Source: Microlunatus sp. (GTDB lineage Bacteria; Actinomycetota; Actinomycetes; Propionibacteriales; Propionibacteriaceae). Taken from it: DNA of 62,259 nt. The stretch lies in assembly GCA_030452945.1 (NCBI GenBank), contig JAKDLH010000001.1, positions 1 to 62,259 of the forward strand. The letters run 5' to 3'. The notes beneath the pieces are model-generated. The model was not told the origin of the DNA, did not search any database, and saw only the letters and a list, made by a program, of their open reading frames with translations. A program made the translations under genes and the position numbers. Within the stretch, counting starts at the first letter, position 1. Every line of letters begins with the position of its first letter. Shown piece by piece: positions 46,317 through 56,857 of the stretch.

Positions 46317-47183
46317 TCACCAGGTCGTCGACGCCCAGAGCTGAAACACCGCGTACGAGCGCTCCGGTCGCCAGCGTTCGGCGACCACCGACACCTCACG
46401 GTCCGTGGTCACCCCCAGCGCGCGTCGCAGCACCAGATCGCCGACCGGCACCGCGTCAGGATCACCGAACAGCCTCATCCGCAGGTACGCGACCGTCCAC
46501 GGCCCGATCCCCGGCACCGCCAGCAATGTCGCCGCTCGAGCGTCCCACTCGGAGGCGGAAAGAGGTAGCGGCCATCGGCCGGTGGTCGCGAACAGCGCGG
46601 CCACGCCGTGCACGGTGCGGGCCCGGGATCCGGTAATGCCGACCGCCGCCCGAAGCTCCTCGACCTCGGCCGCCAGCAACCGTTCGGGGCCAGGGAAGGT
46701 GGTCAGTCCACCGGGCCCCACGTCGCCGTAGGAGGCCACTAGCCGTCCGGCGAAGGTGCGGGCCGCCGCCAGCGACACCTGCTGGCCGAGCACCGTGGAG
46801 ATCACCGCTTCGAAGGACTCCGGATAACGGATCCGCCGCAGCCCGGGTCGCGCCGCGATGAGCGGAGCCAGCCTTGGATCGACGTCGAACCGGCGGTGCA
46901 GCGGGGCCGGATCGGCGTCGAGGTCGAGCCAGTGCCGAACCCGAGTCTCGACCTCGGCGGACTCAGTCGCGCTGACCGGCGGACCGGGAGCCTCGATCCG
47001 CACCACCACCGCGCTCTCAACCGCCGACAACTCCACCAGCAGCGGTCGTTCCTGGCCCAGTAGCAGGCGACGGTGGGTGCCACCGGGGGAGTCCGTGACT
47101 TCACCACCGGGAACCGCGTGCGCACCGATCATCCGCAGCGCTAGCGCCCAGTCATACGGGGCGATGAACGGCAGGTGCAGCAC
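46317..47183 (-). CDS. alkA: DNA-3-methyladenine glycosylase II (AlkA family)
   Basis: LGQQVSLAAA; HhH-GPD motif VPGIGPWT...DAVPVGDL. Confidence 0.85.
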   Translation of the reverse strand: MLHLPFIAPYDWALALRMIGAHAVPGGEVTDSPGGTHRRLLLGQERPLLVELSAVESAVVVRIEAPGPPVSATESAEVETRVRHWLDLDADPAPLHRRFDVDPRLAPLIAARPGLRRIRYPESFEAVISTVLGQQVSLAAARTFAGRLVASYGDVGPGGLTTFPGPERLLAAEVEELRAAVGITGSRARTVHGVAALFATTGRWPLPLSASEWDARAATLLAVPGIGPWTVAYLRMRLFGDPDAVPVGDLVLRRALGVTTDREVSVVAERWRPERSYAVFQLWASTTW

Positions 47184-47224
47184 GCCTGACTTTTTACCAG
47201 CCGCACTCGCTACCAGTCACTCCT

Positions 47225-48079
47225 CTACCAGGCGTATCCGACCACCTCGCCCAACAGGGCCTGGGCGTCGACGGCCAAACCCCGAGCGGTGAACCAGGTG
47301 GCGATGTTGTGACAGTCCCGGGCCAGGAAGTCCAGACCCTGGGGATTGCCGACGATGTCGACCGCCTGCGGGACGTCGATGATCACCACGCGGGCTTCGG
47401 TGGTGAGCACGTTGAACGCCGAGAGGTCACCGGGGGCCAGACCCAGCGACGCCATCGTGCACATCGCCTCGCGCAACTGCCTGAAGTAGCTCTCCAGCAA
47501 CTCACGAGGTGGGCGGGTCTGGGCTAGCCGCGGCGCCCCGCCCCCGTTCGCGGAGGTAATGAGCTCCATCAAGATCTCGGTGCCGTCCAGTTGCACCGGA
47601 TAGGGCACCGGCAGACCTGCCGACCACAGATGGCACAGGTAGCCGAACTCGGCAGCCGCCCACTCCCCGGCTTCGACCTGGCGACCCCACCGGGTGCCTT
47701 TGGCGATGGCCCGGCGATCGCGGCTCCTCCGCGTTCGGCGACCTTCGGTGTAACCGCTGTCGCGGCGGAACATCCGGTGGTCGCTACTGCGATAGCGCTT
47801 GGCGGCCATGATCACCGACTCTGCCTCAGTAGCGCGCTCCAGCAGCCAGACGTCGGCCTCCTTGCCCGTTTTAAGGATGCCCAGGTCGGTGTCGATGGCG
47901 GCATCGGCGGTGATCAGCCACTCGGGCCACGGTTCAGGTCCGGCGCTGATGCCGATGTCGTCCCAAGTCGACCACCGTTGCCCCGGGGGCAGATGGTCGA
48001 GGACGGGAGTGAACTGGTCAGCGGTAAATTCGTGAGCAATGGCGTCGCGTTCCGACGCCGCGAAGTTTGAAGTAGACAT
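47225..48079 (-). CDS. RIO1-family atypical protein kinase
   Basis: LKTGKEADV, AAKRYR, PVPYP, GDLSAFNVL, IIDVPQ. Confidence 0.88.
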   Translation of the reverse strand: MSTSNFAASERDAIAHEFTADQFTPVLDHLPPGQRWSTWDDIGISAGPEPWPEWLITADAAIDTDLGILKTGKEADVWLLERATEAESVIMAAKRYRSSDHRMFRRDSGYTEGRRTRRSRDRRAIAKGTRWGRQVEAGEWAAAEFGYLCHLWSAGLPVPYPVQLDGTEILMELITSANGGGAPRLAQTRPPRELLESYFRQLREAMCTMASLGLAPGDLSAFNVLTTEARVVIIDVPQAVDIVGNPQGLDFLARDCHNIATWFTARGLAVDAQALLGEVVGYAW

Positions 48080-48369
48080 GAGTGGAAAGAGCTCCCAAAA
48101 AATGGATAGAGGAGGGCCTGTAGGACGCCCGGACGGTCGTGGACATTTCGACGCCTCCTCTGCTCTCGCTGGGCTCGCGGCGGGGCGGCCCGTTCGGGAC
48201 CAACTGTGGACACGACAACTAGGACATGCAAGTTCTTTTCCGCTGACCCAGCCCCGGGCGGTACGGTGACTTGCACCTTCGCTCAGCACGACGACCCCTT
48301 CGCGGCGATCCCGCAATCGGGGGTTCACCTGGACGCCAACCGTGCGTCCAACGACGAGAGGATGCATGA

Positions 48370-49515
48370 GTGAGCTACGGCGACCCCGAACTCGTTCAGC
48401 TGTTGTCACCTGAAGGCGTGCGAGTTGACCATCCCGACTACGCCTTCACCGGGGACGACGAGCAGATCCAGGGCTTCTACCGTGACATGGTGCTGACCCG
48501 CCGACTCGACACCGAGGCGACGGCGCTGCAACGGCAGGGCCAACTCGGACTGTGGGCTTCGTGCCTGGGTCAAGAGGCAGCGCAGATCGGTTCGGGCCGC
48601 GCGCTCAACGGCCAGGATGTCGTCTTCCCGACCTATCGCGAACACGGAGTCGCCTGGTGCCTCGGCGTCGACCCGCTGCAGCTTCTCGGCCTCTTCCGCG
48701 GGGTCGATCTCGGCGGTTGGGACCCGTTGTCCACGCGTTTTCATCTGTACACGATCGTGATCGGCGCGCAGGCTCTGCACGCGACCGGATACGCCATGGG
48801 CATCGAGCGCGACGGGTTGGTCGGCACCGGCGACGCGAAGCGCGACGCGGCCGTCATCGGTTACTTCGGCGACGGGGCCACCAGTCAAGGCGATGTGAAC
48901 GAGGCGTTCATCTTCGCCAGCTCCTACAACGCGCCGATCGTGTTCTTCTGTCAGAACAACCAGTGGGCGATCTCGGAGCCGATCGAGCGGCAGTCCCGGA
49001 TCCCGCTCTACCGCCGAGCCGACGGATTCGGTTTCCCCGGCGTACGGGTGGACGGCAACGACGTACTGGCCGTGCACGCGGTCACCTCGCAAGCCCTGGA
49101 ACGGGCGCGGTCGGGCAACGGACCGACCTTTATCGAGGCGTACACCTACCGGATGGGGGCGCACACCACCTCCGACGACCCGACCAAGTACCGGCTGGCC
49201 GACGAGCTCGAGCACTGGCGGCTGAAGGATCCGATCGCCCGGGTTCGGGCCCATCTCACCCGCAGCGGGGGAATCGAGGACGACTTCTTCGCCAGCGTCG
49301 AGACCGAGGCCGACGACCTGGCGGCGACGATCCGATCCGGCTGCCTGGCCTTGGTGGATCCGTCGATGGTCGAGATGTTCGACCAGGTCTACGTCGACCA
49401 GACTCCGCATCTCAGCGAGCAACAGCGCTGGTACGCCGACTACTCCGCCAGTTTCGAGTCCGACAGCGACGAGACTGCCCGCTCTGCGGTCGAGACGCCG
49501 GGGAGGCAGGGATGA
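48370..49515 (+). CDS. pdhA: Pyruvate/branched-chain 2-oxoacid dehydrogenase E1 alpha
   Basis: TPP motif FGDGATSQGD...NNQWAIS; HTTSDDP. Confidence 0.92.
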   Translation: MSYGDPELVQLLSPEGVRVDHPDYAFTGDDEQIQGFYRDMVLTRRLDTEATALQRQGQLGLWASCLGQEAAQIGSGRALNGQDVVFPTYREHGVAWCLGVDPLQLLGLFRGVDLGGWDPLSTRFHLYTIVIGAQALHATGYAMGIERDGLVGTGDAKRDAAVIGYFGDGATSQGDVNEAFIFASSYNAPIVFFCQNNQWAISEPIERQSRIPLYRRADGFGFPGVRVDGNDVLAVHAVTSQALERARSGNGPTFIEAYTYRMGAHTTSDDPTKYRLADELEHWRLKDPIARVRAHLTRSGGIEDDFFASVETEADDLAATIRSGCLALVDPSMVEMFDQVYVDQTPHLSEQQRWYADYSASFESDSDETARSAVETPGRQG

Positions 49516-50501
49516 CGGGCAGCAGCGCCAGCAACCTCACCATGGCCAGAGCGCTGAACGCGGGTCTGCGCCGGGCGCTGGAGGCCGACCCGAAGGTGGT
49601 GCTGGCCGGGGAGGACATCGGCAAGCTCGGCGGGGTCTTCCGGGTCACCGAGGGACTGCAAAAGGATTTCGGCGAGCACCGGGTGATCGACTCGCCCCTG
49701 GCCGAGTCCGGCATCATCGGCACCGCGGTCGGGATGGCGCTGCGCGGCTATCGCCCGGTCTGTGAGATCCAGTTCGACGGTTTCGTGTTCCCGGCCTTCG
49801 ACCAGATCGTCAGTCAGGTCGCCAAGTTCCACTATCGCTCCGCCGGGCGGCTGGCGATGCCCATCGTGATCAGGATTCCTTCGGGTGGGGGGATCGGCGC
49901 GGTGGAGCATCACAGCGAGTCCCCGGAGACCTACTTCGCCCACACCCCTGGGTTGAAGGTGGTGGCGTGCTCCAACCCGGTCGACGCTTACTGGATGATC
50001 CAGCAGGCCGTCGCCTCCGACGATCCGGTGATCTTCTTCGAGCCCAAGCGGCGTTACCACGACAAGGCCGAGCTCGACACCTCCGTTCCGCCGATGCCGC
50101 TGCACAGTGCGCGGGTCACTCGCCCGGGGAGTGATCTGAGTCTGCTCTGCTACGGACCGATGGTGAAGACATGTTTGGATGCCGCGACCGCTGCGGCCGA
50201 CGAGGGTCGCTCGCTGGAGGTCATCGACCTCCGTACGCTGTCGCCGATCGACACCGCGACGGTGGTCACGTCGGTCCGCAAGACCGGCCACGCCGTCGTG
50301 GTGCACGAGGCGCCGATCAGCCTCGGCCTCGGCTCCGAGCTCGCGGCCCGGATCACCGAGCAGTGCTTTTACTCTCTCGAGGCACCGGTGTTGCGGGTGG
50401 GTGGTTTCGACATCCCCTATCCGCCGAGCCGAATCGAGGACGAGTACCTTCCAGATCTGGATCGGGTGCTCGACGCTGTCGACCGATCCCTGGCGTACTG
50501 A
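49512..50501 (+). CDS. pdhB: 2-oxoacid dehydrogenase E1 beta
   Basis: GGVFRVTEGL, DSPLAESG, EIQF, EHHSES. Confidence 0.92.
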   Translation: MTGSSASNLTMARALNAGLRRALEADPKVVLAGEDIGKLGGVFRVTEGLQKDFGEHRVIDSPLAESGIIGTAVGMALRGYRPVCEIQFDGFVFPAFDQIVSQVAKFHYRSAGRLAMPIVIRIPSGGGIGAVEHHSESPETYFAHTPGLKVVACSNPVDAYWMIQQAVASDDPVIFFEPKRRYHDKAELDTSVPPMPLHSARVTRPGSDLSLLCYGPMVKTCLDAATAAADEGRSLEVIDLRTLSPIDTATVVTSVRKTGHAVVVHEAPISLGLGSELAARITEQCFYSLEAPVLRVGGFDIPYPPSRIEDEYLPDLDRVLDAVDRSLAY

Positions 50502-50526
50502 GTCCGGCCCGAGAAGGAGCGAAGAC

Positions 50527-51984
50527 GTGACGATCAGGGAGTTTCGGCTGCCGGACCCGGGTGAAGGCTTGGTCGAGGCCGACATCGTCACCTGGCGGGT
50601 GGCGGTCGGCGACCAGGTGCAGGTCAACGACATCCTGCTAGAGGTGGAGACCAGCAAGTCGCTGGTGGAACTGCCCAGCCCCTTTGCCGGCACGATCACG
50701 AGTTTGCTGGTGGCCGAGGGCGACACGGTCGATGTCGGCGTACCGATTGTCGCGATCGACGACGGCACCGAGTCCGGCCCTGCCCCAACTTCCGGTGCGG
50801 GCGTCGCGGGCACCGGCGGCGACGACACGGGCGACGCGGGCGAGCGGGTCGCCAACCTGGTCGGTTACGGAGCGAAGCAGACCGACACCCGGCGACGTCC
50901 GCGCAAGGCGGCAGCCAGTGAACCCGAGCCGGTGGAGACGCACGAGCAGGTCAACGAGACCTTCGCGACGACCACGCCGGTGTCGCGCCGGGCCGATCAC
51001 CGCGAACCGCTGCGGCCGTCCACGGCCGAGCCGCAAGGCGGCCCGCTCCCGGGCCCCGGACCGGCGGGGCGGGAGACTGTGCCCCCATCGGCGGGTGCGG
51101 TGCTGGCCAAGCCGCCGGTGCGCAAGTACGCCCGCGACCTCGGGGTCGATCTCGCCACCGTGACCGGCACCGGGGCCGGGGGCGTGATCACCCGAGATGA
51201 CGTCGAACAGGCCGCGCGCCCCGCCGAGCCGAGCCCGCCCGGGCCGGCGATGTCGGCGGTGACCCCAATTGCGGAGGATCAGCGGATCCCGATCAAGGGT
51301 GTCCGCAAAGCGACCGCAGCCGCCGTGGTCCAGTCGGCGTTCACCGCTCCGCACGTCACGGTGTGGGTGGAGACCGATGTCACCGCCGCGGTGGACCTGC
51401 TCGAGGTGATCAAGGCCCGGCGCGACTTCGCCGGTGTCAAGGTGTCTCCGTTGCTGTTGGTGGCCAAGGCGGCGCTGATCGCGCTGAAGCGTCACCCCGA
51501 ACTGAACTCGTCCTGGGACGAGGCGAAGCAAGAGATCGTGCTGAAGGCGGGCGTCAATCTCGGCATCGCCGCCGCCACCCCCCGCGGCCTGATGGTGCCG
51601 AATATCAAGAACGCCGATCAGCTCTCGTTGCGGGAGTTGGCCGAGGCGTTCAGCTCGCTGGTCGGGACCGCGAAAGACGGCGCGACGCCGCCGGCGGATC
51701 TGGCTCGCGGCAGTTTCACGATCACCAACATCGGCGTCTTCGGCATCGACGGCGGCCAGCCGATCATCAACCCGGGGGAGTCGGGCATCCTCTGTGTGGG
51801 TCAGATCGCTCGCAAGCCGTGGGTGGTCGGCAGTGGTGCCGACGAGCGGATCGAAGCGCGCTCGGTGACCACGCTGGCGGTCTCGTTCGACCACCGGCTG
51901 GTCGACGGCGAGCAGGGTTCGACGTTCCTGGCCGACGTGGCGTCGGTGCTGACCGATCCCGGATTGGCGATGGTCCTGGCCTGA
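50527..51984 (+). CDS. pdhC: Dihydrolipoamide acyltransferase E2
   Basis: Lipoyl motif VETSKS, AKPPVRK, SFDHRLVDG. Confidence 0.92.
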   Translation: MTIREFRLPDPGEGLVEADIVTWRVAVGDQVQVNDILLEVETSKSLVELPSPFAGTITSLLVAEGDTVDVGVPIVAIDDGTESGPAPTSGAGVAGTGGDDTGDAGERVANLVGYGAKQTDTRRRPRKAAASEPEPVETHEQVNETFATTTPVSRRADHREPLRPSTAEPQGGPLPGPGPAGRETVPPSAGAVLAKPPVRKYARDLGVDLATVTGTGAGGVITRDDVEQAARPAEPSPPGPAMSAVTPIAEDQRIPIKGVRKATAAAVVQSAFTAPHVTVWVETDVTAAVDLLEVIKARRDFAGVKVSPLLLVAKAALIALKRHPELNSSWDEAKQEIVLKAGVNLGIAAATPRGLMVPNIKNADQLSLRELAEAFSSLVGTAKDGATPPADLARGSFTITNIGVFGIDGGQPIINPGESGILCVGQIARKPWVVGSGADERIEARSVTTLAVSFDHRLVDGEQGSTFLADVASVLTDPGLAMVLA

Positions 51985-52002
51985 GCCCCAGGTCCGTCCC
52001 GC

Positions 52003-53892
52003 TCAGAACGCCGCCTCGGGCAGGTCCATGATCGCCAAGTCGGTCGCCTCGGCGATTTGCGCCTCTGCGGCCAGCTTCGGCAGCACGGTCCGGGCGAACC
52101 AGCGGGCCGAGGCGACCTTGCCCTCGTAGAACGCCTGGTCCGCCGCCGACAGCTCTCCGTTCAGCTTGTCCAGCGCCACCTCGGCGCCGCGCAGCAGCAG
52201 CCAGGCGCAGATCACGTCACCCATCGCCATCAGCAGCCGGGTGGTGTTCAGGCCGACCTTGTAGATGTTGCGGACCTCGCCTTGCGGAGCGACTGGAGAG
52301 GCGGACTGCAGCGTCATGATCATGGTGGCGACGATCTCGCCGACGTGCTCCAGACCCTGCTCCAGCAGTTCACGCTCTTCCTTCAGCTGGCCGTCGCCGC
52401 CGGAGGCGCGCGGATCAACACGTACTGTCTCGGTCGCGACGAACTGGCCGATCTGGGTGGACAGGTCGGTCAACGCCTGTCCGTTGTCCTTGACGATCTT
52501 GCGGAAGAACAGATCCTGGCCCTGGATCGCGGTGGTGCCCTCGTACAGGGTGTCGATCTTGGCGTCCCGGACGTACTGCTCCAGCGGGTAGTCGGACAAG
52601 AACCCCGAGCCGCCGAGGGTCTGTAGGGACTCGGTGCCCAGCACAACCCAGGACCGTTCCGAGCCGTAGCCCTTGACGATCGGCAGCAGCAGGTCGTTCA
52701 GCCGCTCCGCGTCGGCGTCGGTGGTCCCGGCCGCGGCCGCCAACGCCACCCGGTCCTGCACGCTGGCGGTGTAGAGGACGAGTGAGCGCAGGCCCTCGGC
52801 GTACGCCTTCTGGGTCATCAGCGAGCGGCGTACGTCGGGGTGGTGGGTGATGCTTACCCGTGGGGCGTCCGGGTTGCCGCCGGAGGCGAGGTCGGCTCCT
52901 TGGACCCGGGTCTTGGCGTAATCCAGCGCGTTCAGGTAGCCGGTGGACAAGGTGGCGATGGCCTTGGTGCCGACCAGCATCCGGGCGTGCTCGATCACCT
53001 GGAACATCTGGGCGATGCCGTCGTGCACCTCGCCCAGCAACCAGCCCCGAGCCGGCTCCTGGTCGCCGAAGGTCAGTTCGCACGTGGTGGAGACCTTGAT
53101 GCCCATCTTCTTCTCTACGTTGGTGGCGTAGACCCCGTTCCGTTCCCCGGTCAGCTCGCCGGTGGTGGGATCGAAGTGGTGCTTGGGCACGACGAAGAGC
53201 GACAGGCCCTTGGTGCCGGGACCACCGGCGCCCTCCACTCCGACCGGACGAGCCAGCACCAGGTGGATGATGTTCTCGGTCATGTCCTGCTCGCCGGAGG
53301 TAATGAACCTTTTCACGCCTTCGAGGTGCCAGGAGCCGTCGGCCTGCGGGATCGCGCGGGTCCGACCGGCGCCGACGTCAGAGCCGGCGTCCGGCTCGGT
53401 CAACACCATGGTCGCGCCCCACTGCCGCTCGATCATGATCTCGGCGATCCGCCGGTCCCGCTCGGTGCCGTTGAACCACAGCACGGTGGCGAACTTCGGC
53501 CCGGCGGCGTACATGAACAGCGCCGGGTTCGCGCCCAGGTTCAGCTCGTTGGCCGCCCACTGTAGAGACGGCGGGCTGGGTTGGCCGCCCAGCTCGGCCG
53601 GCAGTCCCAGGTTGTAGAACCCGGCCTCCATCAGGCTCGCGTACGAGGCCTTGAACGTCTCCGGCAGGGTGACCGTCCTGGTTTCGGGGGCGTAGGCGGG
53701 TGGGGTGCGATCGCCGTCGACGAACGAAGCGGCCAACTTGGTGGTGGCCAGGTGCTCGATCTCGGTCAGCACGGCCACTGCGGTGTCGCAGTCCATCTCC
53801 TCGTAGGGTTCGTGCCCGAGCACCTCGTCGCGGCCCAGGAGCTCGAAGAGGTTGAAGAAGATGTCTCGCAGATTCGACTTGTAGTGGCTCAT
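52003..53892 (-). CDS. Acyl-CoA dehydrogenase (FadE5-like)
   Basis: [38 protein letters not shown]. Confidence 0.93.
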   Translation of the reverse strand: MSHYKSNLRDIFFNLFELLGRDEVLGHEPYEEMDCDTAVAVLTEIEHLATTKLAASFVDGDRTPPAYAPETRTVTLPETFKASYASLMEAGFYNLGLPAELGGQPSPPSLQWAANELNLGANPALFMYAAGPKFATVLWFNGTERDRRIAEIMIERQWGATMVLTEPDAGSDVGAGRTRAIPQADGSWHLEGVKRFITSGEQDMTENIIHLVLARPVGVEGAGGPGTKGLSLFVVPKHHFDPTTGELTGERNGVYATNVEKKMGIKVSTTCELTFGDQEPARGWLLGEVHDGIAQMFQVIEHARMLVGTKAIATLSTGYLNALDYAKTRVQGADLASGGNPDAPRVSITHHPDVRRSLMTQKAYAEGLRSLVLYTASVQDRVALAAAAGTTDADAERLNDLLLPIVKGYGSERSWVVLGTESLQTLGGSGFLSDYPLEQYVRDAKIDTLYEGTTAIQGQDLFFRKIVKDNGQALTDLSTQIGQFVATETVRVDPRASGGDGQLKEERELLEQGLEHVGEIVATMIMTLQSASPVAPQGEVRNIYKVGLNTTRLLMAMGDVICAWLLLRGAEVALDKLNGELSAADQAFYEGKVASARWFARTVLPKLAAEAQIAEATDLAIMDLPEAAF

Positions 53893-53907
53893 CGTCGCTC
53901 CCTGGCA

Positions 53908-53950
53908 CAAGTTACTGATCAGTAACTTGATTATGCTACTCGTCAGTAAC
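53908..53950. promoter_or_regulatory. Tandem palindromic operators upstream of the acyl-CoA dehydrogenase
   Basis: Perfect 22-bp palindrome CAAGTTACTGATCAGTAACTTG (53908-53929) and a related GCTACT-CGTC-AGTAAC (53935-53950). Confidence 0.75.
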
Positions 53951-54084
53951 TTAGACAAGCCAGAATAACTTCCGTGACAGGAGTGAAAATTGTGACCCTG
54001 AGGGTCTTGTGTTGGTTTCCTCAGTAGGGCCATAATCCGGCGTGGACGGACCTCTTCCCCGCGACACCATCCCTGGAGGCTTCG

Positions 54085-55764
54085 ATGACGCAACTGGATG
54101 TCAACCTCTTCGACTACGCCATGTTGTTCGTCTACTTTGCCCTGGTCGTCACCATCGGGGTCCTGGCCCGGCGGGCGATCGCGAACTCCGAGGACTTCCT
54201 CCTCTCCGGCCGCTCGCTGCCGGCCTGGGTCACCGGCATCGCCTTCATCTCCGCAAACCTGGGCGCCATCGAGATCTTGGGCATGGCGGCGAACGGTGCT
54301 CAGTACGGCATCTCGACGGTCCACTTCTACTGGATCGGTGCGGTGCCGGCCATGGTGTTCCTCGGCCTGGTGATGATGCCGTTTTACTACGGCTCCCGGG
54401 TCCGGAGCGTGCCGGAATACCTGCGCCGTCGCTTCAACCGTCCCACCCACCTGTGGAACGCGCTGACCTTCGCCGCGGCCAGTGTGTTGACCGCCGGGGT
54501 GAACCTGTACGCGCTGTCACTGGTCATCGAGGCGCTGCTGGGCTGGCCGCAGTGGCTGTCGATCTTGATATCGGCGGTCTTCGTGCTCGCCTACATCACC
54601 CTCGGCGGACTGTCCGGGGCCATCTACAACGAGGTGCTGCAGTTCTTCGTGATCATCGCCGGCCTGATCCCGCTGGTGCTGATCGGGCTCAAGGACGTCG
54701 GCGGGTGGTCCGGCCTGGAGGAGAAGGTGGTCGCCAACTCACCGGCCGGCGCGGCGATGTTCGACAGCTGGGGCGGCACCGGCGTCGGTAGCTGGACCAA
54801 CCCGCTGGGTGACTGGATCGGCATCGCCATGGGCCTGGGCTTCGTGTTGTCCTTCGGCTACTGGACCACGAACTTCACCGAGGTGCAGCGGGCGTTGTCG
54901 GCCAAGAACCTCTCCGCCGCCGAGCGCACACCACTCATCGGCGCCTTCCCGAAGATCTTCATCCCGGCGCTCACCATCATCCCCGGTTTGATCGTCATCG
55001 CCATCTTCCCGGGTTTCGGCGAGGCGGGCTCAGGCACTACCTTCAACGACGCCATCCCGGCGCTGATGAACCACTACCTGCCGAACGGGACCCTGGGTAT
55101 CGCGGTCGCCGGGCTGCTGGCGGCGTTCATGGCCGGCATGGCGGCCAACGTGAGTTCGCTGAACACGGTCTGGACCTACGACATCTGGCAGACCTACATC
55201 AAGAAGGACCGACCGGACAGCTACTACCTGAGGGTCGGCCGGGTGGTGACCGTCGTCGGCATCCTCATCGGCATCGGCACGGCGTTCATCGCGTCTCAGT
55301 TCGGCAACATCATGAACTACATCCAGTCGTTGTTCTCCTTCTTCAACGCACCGGTGTTCGCGACCTTCATCATCGGCATGTTCTGGAAGCGGATGACCCC
55401 GTGGGCCGGCTTCTTCGGGTTGGTGTCCGGCTTCCTGGCCGCGTTGGCCTTCCAGTACCTCGTCGGTCCCAACGTCGCCTACTTCTATTCAGGCCAGACC
55501 TTCGACGGTGAGTTGAACGCCCAGATGGTCAACTTCTACGGGGCTATCGCCGCGTTCGTGGTCGATGCCGTGGTGACCGTGGTGGTCACCCTGTTCACCA
55601 CACCGCGACCGGTCCACGAGCTGAAGGGCCTGGTCTGGGGGGTTCCCGATCCCGACGCGGGTGACCCGCACGAAGGCTACGTCCGCAAGTGGTACGAGTC
55701 GCCGAAGCTGTTGGGCTTCACCGCCCTCGGTATCGTCGCCGTCCTGTCGATCATCTTCATCTGA
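54085..55764 (+). CDS. Sodium:solute symporter (SSS) family, sugar/polyol-type
   Basis: [27 protein letters not shown]; about 14 TMs. Confidence 0.92.
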   Translation: MTQLDVNLFDYAMLFVYFALVVTIGVLARRAIANSEDFLLSGRSLPAWVTGIAFISANLGAIEILGMAANGAQYGISTVHFYWIGAVPAMVFLGLVMMPFYYGSRVRSVPEYLRRRFNRPTHLWNALTFAAASVLTAGVNLYALSLVIEALLGWPQWLSILISAVFVLAYITLGGLSGAIYNEVLQFFVIIAGLIPLVLIGLKDVGGWSGLEEKVVANSPAGAAMFDSWGGTGVGSWTNPLGDWIGIAMGLGFVLSFGYWTTNFTEVQRALSAKNLSAAERTPLIGAFPKIFIPALTIIPGLIVIAIFPGFGEAGSGTTFNDAIPALMNHYLPNGTLGIAVAGLLAAFMAGMAANVSSLNTVWTYDIWQTYIKKDRPDSYYLRVGRVVTVVGILIGIGTAFIASQFGNIMNYIQSLFSFFNAPVFATFIIGMFWKRMTPWAGFFGLVSGFLAALAFQYLVGPNVAYFYSGQTFDGELNAQMVNFYGAIAAFVVDAVVTVVVTLFTTPRPVHELKGLVWGVPDPDAGDPHEGYVRKWYESPKLLGFTALGIVAVLSIIFI

Positions 55765-55778
55765 GAGAGGCAACGCGC

Positions 55779-56114
55779 ATGTCTCACCACGAACAGCACC
55801 AACCCCATTACGAGCCGTCCTCTGAGGAGATGAAGCCGAAGGACGCCGTCGAGTCCGCGGCCTCCAAGCTGTTCGACCTGCGGATCATGATCGGCGGGTT
55901 GTTCACCTTCTACGGGGTGGCACTGATCATCTACGGCTTCTTCACCGGCGACGCTGAGATCGCCAAGTCCGCCGGCATCCACATCAATCTGTGGCTCGGC
56001 GTCGGGATGCTGGTCCTCGGACTGCTGTTCCTGCTCTGGGCGAAGCTGGCGCCGGTCACCCACGAGATTCCCCCGAGCGCTGACGCCGCTGTCTCGCCGC
56101 CCACGGGGCACTGA
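55779..56114 (+). CDS. Small two-TM protein associated with the SSS transporter
   Basis: LFDLRIMIGGLF...INLWLG. Confidence 0.75.
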   Translation: MSHHEQHQPHYEPSSEEMKPKDAVESAASKLFDLRIMIGGLFTFYGVALIIYGFFTGDAEIAKSAGIHINLWLGVGMLVLGLLFLLWAKLAPVTHEIPPSADAAVSPPTGH

Positions 56115-56122
56115 CACCTCAG

Positions 56123-56797
56123 TCAGTCGGGGTCCAGGTCGGCGACCCGGAAGCCCAGGTGAGCGGCCAGCGCCTCGGACAGTTCGGTCAGCTGCTCAGG
56201 ACTGATCGTGCAACCCGCCAGCCCGGCCAATCCGCTGACCTCGCGCAGCTCGGCGGACCGCAGGTCGACCTCGCGGCAGCGCGTCCGGGAGAGTTCCAGA
56301 GTACGGATCTGGCACTCCTGAAATCGCACCCGGGTGAGTTGGGCCTCCACCAGGTCCAGTTCGTCGATCACGCAGCGCCGCAGCAGCACGTCCTTCCAGG
56401 TGCTCGAACGAGCGTTCAGGTAGGAGATCTTCGTGTCCTCGACGACCAGCCCGTCCAGGGTCGCCTCGTACCACTCGATCGCGCCGAGTCGGGATCGGGA
56501 GACCACGCTGCCGCGCCACAGGCTGCGGGGTCCACTCAGCTGCGCGGCCTCGACCTCGCTGAGATCGGACTCGACCAGGTGCGTGCCGGTCAGGTCGGTG
56601 CCGGTCAGGTCACAGCCGAGGAAGGCGCACTCGGAGAACGTGGAGTGCCGCAGGTCCCGGCCGGCCAGGTCCACCCGGTCGTACAGCTGGCCCGCGTAGC
56701 TGTCTCCGTCCAGCAGCGTGGACCCGTCCGAGGGGTTCCGTGGCACCGGCTTGCGGCTCGGGATCTTCGGTGGTTGCGTGATGGCGGGGGTGGGCAT
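56123..56797 (-). CDS. Pentapeptide repeat protein
   Basis: CDLTGTDLTGTHL-type periodicity. Confidence 0.85.
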   Translation of the reverse strand: MPTPAITQPPKIPSRKPVPRNPSDGSTLLDGDSYAGQLYDRVDLAGRDLRHSTFSECAFLGCDLTGTDLTGTHLVESDLSEVEAAQLSGPRSLWRGSVVSRSRLGAIEWYEATLDGLVVEDTKISYLNARSSTWKDVLLRRCVIDELDLVEAQLTRVRFQECQIRTLELSRTRCREVDLRSAELREVSGLAGLAGCTISPEQLTELSEALAAHLGFRVADLDPD

Positions 56798-56857
56798 CGG
56801 TCCGAGACTAGAGGGTGGACGTACGGTGGGTGGAGAACGTCGACGAAGGAGTCAGCC

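Noticed and set aside
48080-48369. Structured leader or ncRNA between RIO1 and pdhA
   Set aside because: No recognisable RNA family motif or convincing stems.
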